Shown piece after piece: positions 54,379 through 63,092 of a DNA stretch of 64,000 nt. The stretch is from Bordetella parapertussis (GTDB lineage Bacteria > Pseudomonadota > Gammaproteobacteria > Burkholderiales > SG8-41). How positions within the stretch are numbered: position 1 is the stretch's first letter; each line of letters opens with the position of its first letter. The DNA lies in assembly GCA_945885345.1 (NCBI GenBank), contig CAMCYP010000005.1, positions 7,021 to 71,020 of the forward strand. Reading direction: 5' to 3'. The position numbers and the translations under genes were made by a program. The notes beneath the pieces were generated by a model. It did not search any database, was not told where the DNA came from, and saw only the letters and a list, made by a program, of their open reading frames with translations.

Positions 54379-54430
54379 GCGGGACATCATATCCCGCCGG
54401 CCGCGAGTTCGAATCTCGCACCTCCCGCCA
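54379..54430 (+). pseudogene. truncated tRNA gene, 3' half only (extra hairpin, T-arm, 3' acceptor strand, G discriminator, encoded CCA)
   Basis: GCGAG-TTCGAAT-CTCGC T-arm (54403-54419), ACCTCCC-G-CCA (54420-54430), preceded by hairpin GCGGGA-catcata-TCCCGC. No complementary GGGAGGT 5' strand or D-arm upstream. Confidence 0.6.
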
Positions 54431-54491
54431 ATTCGGAACAAGGGGTTGGCTCAAAATGCCGGCCCCAGAATCGTGCTTGTTGAAATACGGC

Positions 54492-54869
54492 CTAAACTAG
54501 CACTTGGCGTGAGTCGAGAAAGAAGTCTTGGATTTGCAGATCTATCATTCGATCAATCATCTGCGCCGGTCTTCTGCCGTGCGGGCACGGTAGCCGTTCT
54601 GTTGTCCCAAACAGTCTGCATATGATCGGTCTATCTCGATAGACAGTACATCCATGATCCCCGAGGTGGGGGCAACTGAGCGTAGCGAGTGCTGCTTCGT
54701 GCTCGGCGTCTCTGACGTGTGGAAGCTCGAACATTTCTTCGCTCGAAGCCGTGACAGGGCCGCAACAATCATGGCATCCAGGGATACATTCAAAGCTGGG
54801 GATATGCCGCCTGAAAAAGTGGATCTTTCGAATTTTAACTGTCACGTTTTTTCTTCCTGCGGATTCCAC
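54492..54869 (-). CDS. YkgJ/UPF0153-like Cys-cluster (CxxCxxCC) protein
   Basis: 125 aa. CIPGCHDCCGP and CPHLGDHGCTVYRDRPIICRLFG motifs. Lower GC than the flanks. Confidence 0.65.
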   Translation of the reverse strand: MESAGRKNVTVKIRKIHFFRRHIPSFECIPGCHDCCGPVTASSEEMFELPHVRDAEHEAALATLSCPHLGDHGCTVYRDRPIICRLFGTTERLPCPHGRRPAQMIDRMIDLQIQDFFLDSRQVLV

Positions 54870-54955
54870 AGAGATGAAATGATATGTGTTCGACGTCCGC
54901 CATTGCTTAAAGTCAGAAATTTTTTAAAGCATGCCATTGTAATCAGGCGATTGCT

Positions 54956-55135
54956 CTAAACGTCATCGATCTTGCCGCTTGGTGCCCATTCGACTTCATG
55001 TTGCTTCAAATAGTCGCGGATGAGCTGGCGCACGACCTGCGATGGAGTGACGTCTTGTTGCGCACACAGTTGCTCAAGCGCCTTTTTCTTGTCGGGGTCT
55101 ATAAGCACTGTTAGCCGAGCTGTTTTCTGTTCCAT
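54956..55135 (-). CDS. ribbon-helix-helix (CopG-like) DNA-binding protein
   Basis: 59 aa from MEQKTARLTVLIDPDKKKALEQL. SD AGGAGG upstream. The track ORF extends to 55168. Confidence 0.6.
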   Translation of the reverse strand: MEQKTARLTVLIDPDKKKALEQLCAQQDVTPSQVVRQLIRDYLKQHEVEWAPSGKIDDV

Positions 55136-55217
55136 ATGACTTTCCTCCTTTTTATGTATTATAATCATATGTGAATAACATTATCATATTATTATAATAA
55201 AATCAGGAGTTGGCCAG

Positions 55218-56960
55218 ATGATTGCCTTGCTCGAAGCCCACAGAGCCGGACTCTATGCCCGCGCACATTGGCTACCCAATATCGTGGCCGGGATTATTGT
55301 TGCTGTGGTGGCGCTTCCCTTGGCGATGGCATTTGCCATAGCCAGTGGTGCTCGCCCAGAGCATGGTCTCTACACAGCGATTATTGGCGGCGGGCTGGTG
55401 ACCATTTTCGGTGGTAGCCGATTACAGATTGCCGGACCGACCGGGGCTTTTATCGCCATCCTGGCTGGTGTCACCGCAAAGTACGGTATCGCTGGCTTGC
55501 AGGTAGCCACCCTCATGGCCGGGGTCATCCTGTTACTGATGGGGATGGCGCGCATGGGCGGTGTAATCAAGTTCATCCCTGCGCCCGTGATCGTGGGCTT
55601 CACGTCAGGAATTGGCGTGATCATCTTCGTGGGTCAATGGCGTGATTTCTTGGGTCTGCCTAAAGTGGTCGGGGAGCACTTTCACGAGAAACTCTGGCAC
55701 TTGATACAAGTATTGCCTCAAATTCACCTGCCAACCGCTGGCTTGGCACTCGTAAGCATTGGCCTCATTCTGTTCGCACCCCGTATCAAAAGATTAAGGC
55801 GTGTGCCAGGGCCACTGGTGGCGATGGTTGTGGCTACGATGTTACAGGCTGTGATACAAACGCCCGGTATAGCAACAATTGGCAGCGAGTTCGGCGGCAT
55901 TCCTACAGGCTTGCCATCACTCACACTGCCGGATCTCACGATTGGGCAATTGCTCCTGCTCATAGGTCCGGCTTTCACAATCGCAATGTTGGGTGCTATC
56001 GAATCACTGCTTTCAGCAGTAGTCGCAGACGGTATGTCAGGGACGCGGCATAACTCGAATCAGGAACTGATAGGCCAGGGTATTGCGAATATCGTTACAC
56101 CGCTGTTTGGTGGTTTCGCGGCGACTGGCGCCATCGCGCGAACCGCAACCAATATACGCAACGGCGCCACTAGTCCGCTTGCCGGGATCGTACACGCTGC
56201 CATGTTAGTCGGAGTGCTGCTGTTTCTGGCGCCTTTGGCTTCCAGCATCCCACTCGCGGCGCTCGCGGCAATTTTATTTGTAGTGGCATGGAACATGAGC
56301 GAAGTGAGGCACTTTGCTCATATCCTGAGCAAAGCACCCACAGCCGATCGCGTCATTCTTGTTATTACGTTTTTGCTGACTGTGTTCGCGGATCTCGTAG
56401 TGGCGGTCAATGTGGGCGTAATTCTTGCCATCCTCCAGTTCATTCGCCGCATGTCCGAGGTTGTCGAAACGCAGCAAGTAGACACTCAAGTGCTGCAGGT
56501 CGAACTTGCTCAACATGGCGTCGATCATTTACCTACGGGCACGATAGTTTATGAAATTGACGGTCCGATGTTCTTCGGGGCGGTGGAAAACTTCGAACGG
56601 GCATTACTGCAAACCCATGCCGATCCGAAGACCCTGATTATTCGACTAAGGCGGGTGCCTTTCATAGACATTACCGGCATTCAGATGTTGGAAGAGGTCA
56701 CGGGGAAGTTGCGCATGCGCGGTGTGAAAGTCGTGTTATGTGAGGCTAACGAACGCGTGCTTACAAAATTAAGTAAAGCGGGTGTGGTGGGGGAAGGTCC
56801 ATCAGATTGTCATGTAGGCAAGTTCATCGATGCGATCCATGGGGCAATCGAAGACAACAGCGCAGAGGCGCATCGCAATGGCCTACTCAGTGATATTGCC
56901 ACCCGATTTATAGAGGCCAGCGAGGGGCACTTTCGCCAAGATGGCGGCGACAAGAAATGA
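55218..56960 (+). CDS. SulP-family anion transporter with C-terminal STAS domain
   Basis: 580 aa. Multi-TM N-terminal region (AFAIASGARPEHGLYTAIIGG), C-terminal STAS (IVYEIDGPMFFGAV). A/T-richer third codon positions than neighbouring genes. Confidence 0.9.
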   Translation: MIALLEAHRAGLYARAHWLPNIVAGIIVAVVALPLAMAFAIASGARPEHGLYTAIIGGGLVTIFGGSRLQIAGPTGAFIAILAGVTAKYGIAGLQVATLMAGVILLLMGMARMGGVIKFIPAPVIVGFTSGIGVIIFVGQWRDFLGLPKVVGEHFHEKLWHLIQVLPQIHLPTAGLALVSIGLILFAPRIKRLRRVPGPLVAMVVATMLQAVIQTPGIATIGSEFGGIPTGLPSLTLPDLTIGQLLLLIGPAFTIAMLGAIESLLSAVVADGMSGTRHNSNQELIGQGIANIVTPLFGGFAATGAIARTATNIRNGATSPLAGIVHAAMLVGVLLFLAPLASSIPLAALAAILFVVAWNMSEVRHFAHILSKAPTADRVILVITFLLTVFADLVVAVNVGVILAILQFIRRMSEVVETQQVDTQVLQVELAQHGVDHLPTGTIVYEIDGPMFFGAVENFERALLQTHADPKTLIIRLRRVPFIDITGIQMLEEVTGKLRMRGVKVVLCEANERVLTKLSKAGVVGEGPSDCHVGKFIDAIHGAIEDNSAEAHRNGLLSDIATRFIEASEGHFRQDGGDKK

Positions 56961-56969
56961 AGGTGAATT

Positions 56970-57209
56970 TTGAAGACAAAGCCTGAAAGCCTGAAAGAAA
57001 AATCCCTGCCATTGCCCCTGATGCGAAAGGCCGGAATTTTTCAAGTTGTCGCGACGATGTTTTGTGGAATATTTGCGATCGGTGCCAAGGGAACCTGGCA
57101 AAAAGACGGCGCGACAGTCACGTTCACTCAAGTCATTATCGCTGCCGCGATTACCCTGATCGTTCTGGTGCTAGTGTTAGTCGCTATTGTTACGCTGGTC
57201 GTGCACTAG
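56970..57209 (+). CDS. DUF2970-like small membrane protein
   Basis: 79 aa. FCGIFAIGAK...IIAAAITLIVLVLVLVAIV pattern. Follows sulP by 9 nt. Confidence 0.55.
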   Translation: MKTKPESLKEKSLPLPLMRKAGIFQVVATMFCGIFAIGAKGTWQKDGATVTFTQVIIAAAITLIVLVLVLVAIVTLVVH

Positions 57210-57243
57210 CTCCCGTCCAATTGGGCGGCGTACTCAGCAGAAT

Positions 57244-58029
57244 TCAGCGGGCAGCGACTTCCGCAGTCCAGCGCAGGATTTCATCGATGGATGCGCGCGG
57301 GGCGCCACGATGGTCGGCATCCGGTTCGTAGAGCCGGGTCAACGGATTTTTCGGCAGTGCGGCGAACATTGCCTGTTTCACCCGCAGCAGGGCCGGGTAA
57401 TCCGAGGTAGGTGCGACGTGCAGAACGGGCAATGATTGCGGCAGTGCCCGCGAAGATTTTTCCTGGTTCATTGCGCCATCGGGATCGAACCACGCCAGGT
57501 AAATCGCCGCCGTGGTGTTGACGGTCCAGTTTCCCTTGCCGCCTTCGTATTCATCAAATTCACCGCGTTCATCGCCTTTGCCGGATGCGACCAGACTGCG
57601 CGCACGCGCGACCGAGGCGCCGACTTGTTGTTGATAGAAGTTCGTGGCGACATTGCCGCCGGGTGCGATGATGATCAGGCCATCCAGCGGATGTTTGCTG
57701 GCGTAGTGCAGGGCGAACACGGCGCCCTGGCTGTGGCCGGCAACAAACAGTTTTTTTGCACCCTTGCTGCGCAGTTCTGCCAGCGCGGCAGTCACTTCCT
57801 GTTCCGCAGCAGCCACGTCCTTGTCGTAATGGCGCTTGCCCGACCAGGGCATTTCCAGATTGGCGACCAGGATTCCTTTGCCGGCCAGGCCGGAGGCGAG
57901 GCCGCCGACCAGCCGGTCGGGTGAGCCGCCTTTGCCGTGCATGATTACGACGCCGGTTTGCGCCAGTGCGGGCATGCCGACGAACAGCGTCAAGGCGAGT
58001 AACAGCAGTGTGCAGAGCCGGGTAGCCAT
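57244..58029 (-). CDS. secreted alpha/beta hydrolase
   Basis: Signal peptide, VVIMHGKGG, nucleophile elbow GHSQG. Confidence 0.75.
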   Translation of the reverse strand: MATRLCTLLLLALTLFVGMPALAQTGVVIMHGKGGSPDRLVGGLASGLAGKGILVANLEMPWSGKRHYDKDVAAAEQEVTAALAELRSKGAKKLFVAGHSQGAVFALHYASKHPLDGLIIIAPGGNVATNFYQQQVGASVARARSLVASGKGDERGEFDEYEGGKGNWTVNTTAAIYLAWFDPDGAMNQEKSSRALPQSLPVLHVAPTSDYPALLRVKQAMFAALPKNPLTRLYEPDADHRGAPRASIDEILRWTAEVAAR

Positions 58030-58041
58030 GGTGTGCGCAGT

Positions 58042-61000
58042 CTACGCCAGTTCGGCAAACACGCGGCGGATCTCGGCGACGCGAGCTTTCAGTTCAGGGA
58101 TTTTGATGTCGATGCGCAGACGGTCCGGGCCGGCGAGTTTGTAATTGCGTCTGGTCTGGATCAGCTTGATGATTTTCATTGGTTCGATCGGCGGATTCGG
58201 CACGAACTGCAGCTGGATCGCATTGTCGCTGGCGTCGATGCGCGCGATGCCCAGCGGTTTGCCGTGGATGCGCAGGCGGTGGCTGTCGATCAAGACGCGC
58301 GTCGGATCCGGCAGATCACCGAAGCGGTCGATCAATTCTTCCTGCAGCAGCTGCAACTGATCGTCGCTGCCGCAGTTGGCGAGACGTTTGTAAATCACCA
58401 GCCGTTCGTGCACGTCGCTGCAGTAGGCATCAGGCAGCAGGGCAGGCGTATGCAGGTTGATCTCGGTGGTGACGCCCAGCGGTGCATTGAGGTCCGGCTC
58501 CTTGCCGGCTTTCAACGCCTTCACTGCAGTGTCGAGCATCGCGCAATACAGGTTGAAGCCGATTTCCTGCATCTCGCCCGACTGCGAATCGCCCAGCACT
58601 TCGCCGGCGCCGCGGATTTCGAGATCGTGCATGGCGAGGAAAAACCCGGAACCGAGTTCTTCCATGGACTGGATCGCTTCCAGGCGTTTTTTCGCACCGA
58701 TGGTGATGTTGCCTTCATCGGGCAGCAGCAGGTAGGCATAGGCCTGGTGGTGCGAGCGGCCGACCCGCCCGCGCAACTGGTGCAGCTGTGCCAGGCCGAA
58801 ACGGTCGGCGCGATTGATGATAATGGTGTTGGCGGTGGGAATGTCGATGCCGGTTTCGATGATGGTGGTGCACAACAGCACATTGAAACGGCCCTGATAA
58901 AAATCGCGCATCGCGAGTTCGAGGTCACGTTCACGCATCTGGCCGTGGGCGATACGGATCCGTGCTTCGGGCAGGAGCTGTACCAGTTCTTCCTCGATGT
59001 TGCGGATGGTGTCGATGTCGTTGTGCAGGAAATAAACCTGGCCGCCGCGTTTCAGTTCGCGCAGCACGGCTTCACGGATCAGGGATTTGGCGTAGCGGGC
59101 GACGAAGGTTTTGATCGCGAGGCGGCGCTGCGGTGCGGTGGCGATCACCGAAAAGTCACGCAGGCCTTCCAGCGACATCGCCAGCGTGCGCGGGATGGGT
59201 GTCGCCGTGAGTGTCAGCACGTCGACTTCGGCGCGCAGGGCCTTCAGCCGTTCCTTCTGGTGCACGCCGAAGCGGTGTTCTTCGTCGATGATCACCAGGC
59301 CGAGGTTCTTGAATTTGATGTCGCGGCCGATCAGCTTGTGCGTGCCGATGGCGATGTCGATGCGGCCTGCGGTGATGCCGGCGAGCGCGTCCGTCGTTTC
59401 AGCAGTGCTGCGGAAGCGTGACAGTTCGGCGATTTTGACCGGCCAGTCGGCAAAGCGGTCGGAGAAGGTATTGAAATGCTGTTCTGCCAGCAGCGTCGTC
59501 GGTACCAGCACGGCGACCTGCTTGCCGTCAGCCACTGCAACAAAGGCGGCGCGCAGGGCGACTTCGGTTTTGCCGAAGCCGACATCGCCGCAGACCAGGC
59601 GATCCATCGGTTTGCTGCTTTTGAGGTCTTCGAGCGTGGCGTTGATCGCCGCGGCCTGATCCGGCGTCTCTTCGAAAGGAAAACCTTCGGCGAAGGCTTC
59701 GTAGTCATGCGGCTTCAGCGAGAAAGCATAACCTTCGCGCGCCGCGCGCTGCGCATACAGCGCCAGCAGTTCGGCGGCGGTATCGCGCACCTGCGCTGCG
59801 GCTTTTTTCTTTGCCTTGTCCCACTGTCCGCTGCCCAGCTGGTGCAGGGGCGCCTGATCCGCGGATGCGCCGCTGTAACGGCTGATCAGGTGCAGGCTCG
59901 ACACCGGCACATACAGCTTGTCGTTGTTGGCGTATTCCAGTGTCAGGAATTCCGTCGTGCCTTCACCGAGGTCCAGCGTCTGCAGGCCGACATAACGGCC
60001 GATGCCATGGGTTTCATGCACCACCGGATCGCCGATCTTGACCTCGGACAGATCGCGCAGCATGTTTTCCGGCGACGACCGTTTTGCATCGCGCACAGCG
60101 CGCTGGCGCGCCTGCGCGGCATAGAGTTCGTTTTCGGTAACGATCGCAAGATGCGCAGCGACATTGATGAAACCGGTCTGCAGCGGGGCCACGCTCAATA
60201 CAAATTTTGCGTCGCTGGCCCTGAAGCCCGCGTAGTCCGCGACCTGCGCCGGCTTCAGGTCGTATTCCGCGAAGTACTCGAGCATGGTTTCGCGGCGGCC
60301 CAGGCTTTCGGCGAGCACCAGCACGCGACCATCGAAGCCATTGATAAAGGCGCGCAGCCGGTGCAGCGGATCGTCGGTGCGGCGTTCGACATTCAGCAGT
60401 GGCAGCGATGCGGTCGCGGCCTGCTCATGGTTTTCTCCCTCTCCCCGCGAGCGGGGAGAGGGTTGGGGTGAGGGGGTACCACCGACCCCTACCCTCACCC
60501 CAACCCTCTCCCGCCCTAGGGTAGGAGAGGGGGTTTCTTCTAAGTAATTGTTTTTATTGTTATTTTTATCGGTTCCCGCAGGGAAGCCAGGCGCCACTAC
60601 GTTGAGATCAATGCGCGGGAAGGGCTTGATCGCACCGAAGAATGCGTCTTCGGTCAGGAATAATTCCTGCGGCGGCAGCACCGGATTGGCGAGGTCACCG
60701 CGCACCATCGCATGCCGGCCACGGGTGTCGGCCCAGAATTCATCAATGGCCTCGGCCACGCCGGGACGCAGGCAGATCGTCGTGCCCTTGGGCAGGTAAT
60801 CGGTGACCAGTGCCGTGTTGTCAAAAAACAGCGGCAGGAAATATTCGATGCCCGCAGTCGGGATGCCCTTGGACACATCCTTGTACACCTTGCTGCGTGA
60901 GGGGTCGCCTTCGAAACGTTCGCGGAAACGCTGACGAAACTGTTTTTGCGCCTCTTCGTCCATCGGGAATTCGCGTGCCGGCAGCAATCGCACTTCCGGC

Positions 61001-61605
61001 ACTTTCATGATCGTGCGCTGGCTGTCGATGTCGAAACTGCGGATGGTGTCGATGACTTCGTCGAACAGATCGATGCGGTAGGGCAGCGGGCTGCCCATCG
61101 GGTAAAGATCGATCAGCCCGCCGCGGAAACTGTATTCGCCGGGGGCGACGACCTGTGTCACATGGTTGTAGCCGGCCAGCACCAGCTGGTGGCGCAGCGC
61201 ATCGGCGCCGAGTTTTGCGCCCTGGCGGAAATAAAAGGTATTGGCGGTGATGTAATCCACCGGCGCCATGCGGTACAGCGCCGTGGTCACCGGCACCAGC
61301 GCGATGTCGAAATCGCCGCGCACCATTTCGCACAGCGTCGCCAGCCGTTCCGATACCAGATCATGGTGCGGCGAGAACTGGTCCCAGGGCAGGGTTTCCC
61401 AGTCGGGCAGCAGGTGCACGCGCAACTGCGGCGCGAAGAACGGAATCTCCTGCAACAGGCGCTGCGCCTGCCAGGCCGACTCGGTAATCACCAGCAATGG
61501 ACGTGCGCGGGCCGCCAGCGCGGCGAGCGCCGGAGCATCACTCGAACCCTGCAGCAGTGCAGTGCTTGCGCGCTGCCCCGGTGCGGGCAGCTGGAGGGGA
61601 AGCAT
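58042..61605 (-). CDS. mfd: transcription-repair coupling factor Mfd, carrying an in-frame repeat-derived insertion
   Basis: 1187 aa. Helicase motif I CGDVGFGKTEVA, motif II IIDEEHRFG, C-terminal TRG/D7 regions. Residues about 345-392 are low-complexity and encoded by a palindromic repeat. Confidence 0.95.
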   Translation of the reverse strand: MLPLQLPAPGQRASTALLQGSSDAPALAALAARARPLLVITESAWQAQRLLQEIPFFAPQLRVHLLPDWETLPWDQFSPHHDLVSERLATLCEMVRGDFDIALVPVTTALYRMAPVDYITANTFYFRQGAKLGADALRHQLVLAGYNHVTQVVAPGEYSFRGGLIDLYPMGSPLPYRIDLFDEVIDTIRSFDIDSQRTIMKVPEVRLLPAREFPMDEEAQKQFRQRFRERFEGDPSRSKVYKDVSKGIPTAGIEYFLPLFFDNTALVTDYLPKGTTICLRPGVAEAIDEFWADTRGRHAMVRGDLANPVLPPQELFLTEDAFFGAIKPFPRIDLNVVAPGFPAGTDKNNNKNNYLEETPSPTLGRERVGVRVGVGGTPSPQPSPRSRGEGENHEQAATASLPLLNVERRTDDPLHRLRAFINGFDGRVLVLAESLGRRETMLEYFAEYDLKPAQVADYAGFRASDAKFVLSVAPLQTGFINVAAHLAIVTENELYAAQARQRAVRDAKRSSPENMLRDLSEVKIGDPVVHETHGIGRYVGLQTLDLGEGTTEFLTLEYANNDKLYVPVSSLHLISRYSGASADQAPLHQLGSGQWDKAKKKAAAQVRDTAAELLALYAQRAAREGYAFSLKPHDYEAFAEGFPFEETPDQAAAINATLEDLKSSKPMDRLVCGDVGFGKTEVALRAAFVAVADGKQVAVLVPTTLLAEQHFNTFSDRFADWPVKIAELSRFRSTAETTDALAGITAGRIDIAIGTHKLIGRDIKFKNLGLVIIDEEHRFGVHQKERLKALRAEVDVLTLTATPIPRTLAMSLEGLRDFSVIATAPQRRLAIKTFVARYAKSLIREAVLRELKRGGQVYFLHNDIDTIRNIEEELVQLLPEARIRIAHGQMRERDLELAMRDFYQGRFNVLLCTTIIETGIDIPTANTIIINRADRFGLAQLHQLRGRVGRSHHQAYAYLLLPDEGNITIGAKKRLEAIQSMEELGSGFFLAMHDLEIRGAGEVLGDSQSGEMQEIGFNLYCAMLDTAVKALKAGKEPDLNAPLGVTTEINLHTPALLPDAYCSDVHERLVIYKRLANCGSDDQLQLLQEELIDRFGDLPDPTRVLIDSHRLRIHGKPLGIARIDASDNAIQLQFVPNPPIEPMKIIKLIQTRRNYKLAGPDRLRIDIKIPELKARVAEIRRVFAELA
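60431..60570. repeat. GC-rich nested palindromic repeat plus AT-rich tail embedded in mfd
   Basis: TTTTCTCCCTCTCCCCGC-gag-GCGGGGAGAGGGTTGGGGTGAGGGGG...CCCTCACCCCAACCCTCTCC...CTAAGTAATTGTTTTTATTG. A related copy lies at about 61746-61818. Confidence 0.85.
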
Positions 61606-61686
61606 CAGATGCGGTCTTGCGAAAGGGCGCTATTATAAACACGACCAGTTGTTTATACGGTGAAGACGCGCATGATCATTTTCAGT

Positions 61687-61884
61687 CGTCATTCCGGCGC
61701 GCCCCGAAGGAAGTCCTCTTGGAGGGAAAGCCGGAATCCAGTTTATTTTTCTCCCTCTCCCCGCATGTCGCGGGGAGACAAGGGCACACTTGAAGCGAGG
61801 CAGGGTTGGGGAGAGGGGCTGCTACTGCGCTTCATATTGAAGGTTTTAAATAACCTCTGGATTCCGGCTTGCGCCGGAATGACG
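61687..61884. repeat. composite repeat: REP-like CGTCATTCCGGC...GCCGGAATCCAG arms enclosing a CTCCCTCTCCCCGC-type element
   Basis: The reverse complement of the right arm (61857-61884) is CGTCATTCCGGCGCAAGCCGGAATCCAG. The left arm from 61687 is the same with an insert of about 27 nt in its loop. The interior matches the element inside mfd. Confidence 0.8.
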
Positions 61885-62985
61885 GCGTTGATTGTCGTGT
61901 GGCCGGTGATGGCGCAGACCGTCCAGTCCGAGAAACACGCCTTTCGCGTGGTGACACTGACGCGCGGCCTGGAAAACCCCTGGTCGATTGCTTTCCTGCC
62001 CGATGGTCGCATGCTGGTGACCGAGCGCGAAGGCCGGTTGCGCATCGTCGGCCGCGATTTCAAGCTCGATCCGAAACCGGTCGAGGGCCTGCCGGAGATT
62101 ATTGCCAGCGGGCAGGGCGGATTGTTCGATGTCGTTCTGCACCCGCAATACGCCGACAATGGCCGGATCTACTGGTCCTACAACGCACCCGATAAAGACG
62201 CAAAAGCAGGCGGCTGGGGCACGGCGATGGCGCGCGGCAAGCTGAGTGGTTATCGCATGACGGACGTGCAGATACTGTTCAGCATGGTGCCAAAGACCCG
62301 CACCGGCCACCACTTCGGCGGACGCATCGTGTTTGACCGGAAAAACTTTGTGTATCTATCGCTGGGTGACCGTGGCGACATGCCGCGCGCACAGAAACTC
62401 GACGACCATGCCGGCGGCGTGATCCGCCTGCACGACGACGGCCGTGTGCCCGCTGATAATCCTTTCGTCAAACGCGCCGGCGCGAAACCGGAGAAATTCA
62501 CACTGGGCAATCGCAACATGCAGGGCGCTGCCCTGCATCCGCAGACCGGCGAGTTGTGGACCAATGAACATGGCCCGCAGGGCGGCGATGAAGTGAATGT
62601 GATGCGCTCGGGGCGCAACTACGGCTGGCCGGTGATCACCTATGGTGTCAATTACGGCATCGGCACCAAGATCGGAGAAGGCAATACCAAGGCCGGCATG
62701 GAGCAGCCGCTGAAGGTCTGGGTGCCGTCGATTGCGCCTTCGGGCATGGCGTTTTATACCGGCGACAAATTTCCCAACTGGAAAGGCAATCTGCTGGTCG
62801 GTGCACTCAAGGATGAAATGTTGGTGCGACTGGAACTGGATGGCGAGAAGGTGGTGCGCGAGGAGCGGATGATCAAGGGCGTGATCGGGCGCATTCGTGA
62901 TGTGCGGATGGGGCCGGATGGCTTCGTCTATTTGCTGACGGATGGGCGGGATGGGGTGGTGGTGAGGCTGGAACCTATAAAATAA
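61879..62985 (+). CDS. PQQ-dependent soluble sugar (glucose/sorbosone) dehydrogenase, YliI-like
   Basis: Beta-propeller motifs ENPWSIAFLPDGRMLVTEREGRLRIV, GGRIVFD, NYGWPV. Start uncertain: ATG 61879 lies inside the repeat arm, ATG 61909 is an alternative, and the track ORF from 61660 only translates repeats. Confidence 0.85.
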   Translation: MTALIVVWPVMAQTVQSEKHAFRVVTLTRGLENPWSIAFLPDGRMLVTEREGRLRIVGRDFKLDPKPVEGLPEIIASGQGGLFDVVLHPQYADNGRIYWSYNAPDKDAKAGGWGTAMARGKLSGYRMTDVQILFSMVPKTRTGHHFGGRIVFDRKNFVYLSLGDRGDMPRAQKLDDHAGGVIRLHDDGRVPADNPFVKRAGAKPEKFTLGNRNMQGAALHPQTGELWTNEHGPQGGDEVNVMRSGRNYGWPVITYGVNYGIGTKIGEGNTKAGMEQPLKVWVPSIAPSGMAFYTGDKFPNWKGNLLVGALKDEMLVRLELDGEKVVREERMIKGVIGRIRDVRMGPDGFVYLLTDGRDGVVVRLEPIK

Positions 62986-63092
62986 TTAATAAAATCAAAT
63001 GCCTGTAATTAATTCAGTGGGTGTGTAGAGCGCTGCTCTGTCATGCAATGACAATCACTTCGAGTCGGGCCAGCAGGGATTAGCATGCGCAT

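Noticed and set aside
54379-54430. Calling the tRNA-like sequence an intact tRNA-Sec (the hairpin loop CATCATA has TCA at its centre), or the 3' domain of tmRNA including a permuted two-piece tmRNA.
   Set aside because: There is no 5' acceptor strand (GGGAGGT) or D-arm upstream, and none downstream. If the hairpin were the anticodon arm, position 33 would be A rather than the invariant U. The G discriminator and the lack of a G-U third pair argue against tmRNA. It is therefore reported only as a truncated tRNA remnant.
58033-60471. 462-aa and 331-aa plus-strand ORFs opposite mfd.
   Set aside because: Antisense artefacts. Mfd helicase motifs are unambiguous on the minus strand.
61660-61878. 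N-terminal 73 residues of track ORF 61660..62985 (SRHSGAPRRKSS...WIPACAG).
   Set aside because: This is translation of the nested repeat elements, not dehydrogenase sequence.
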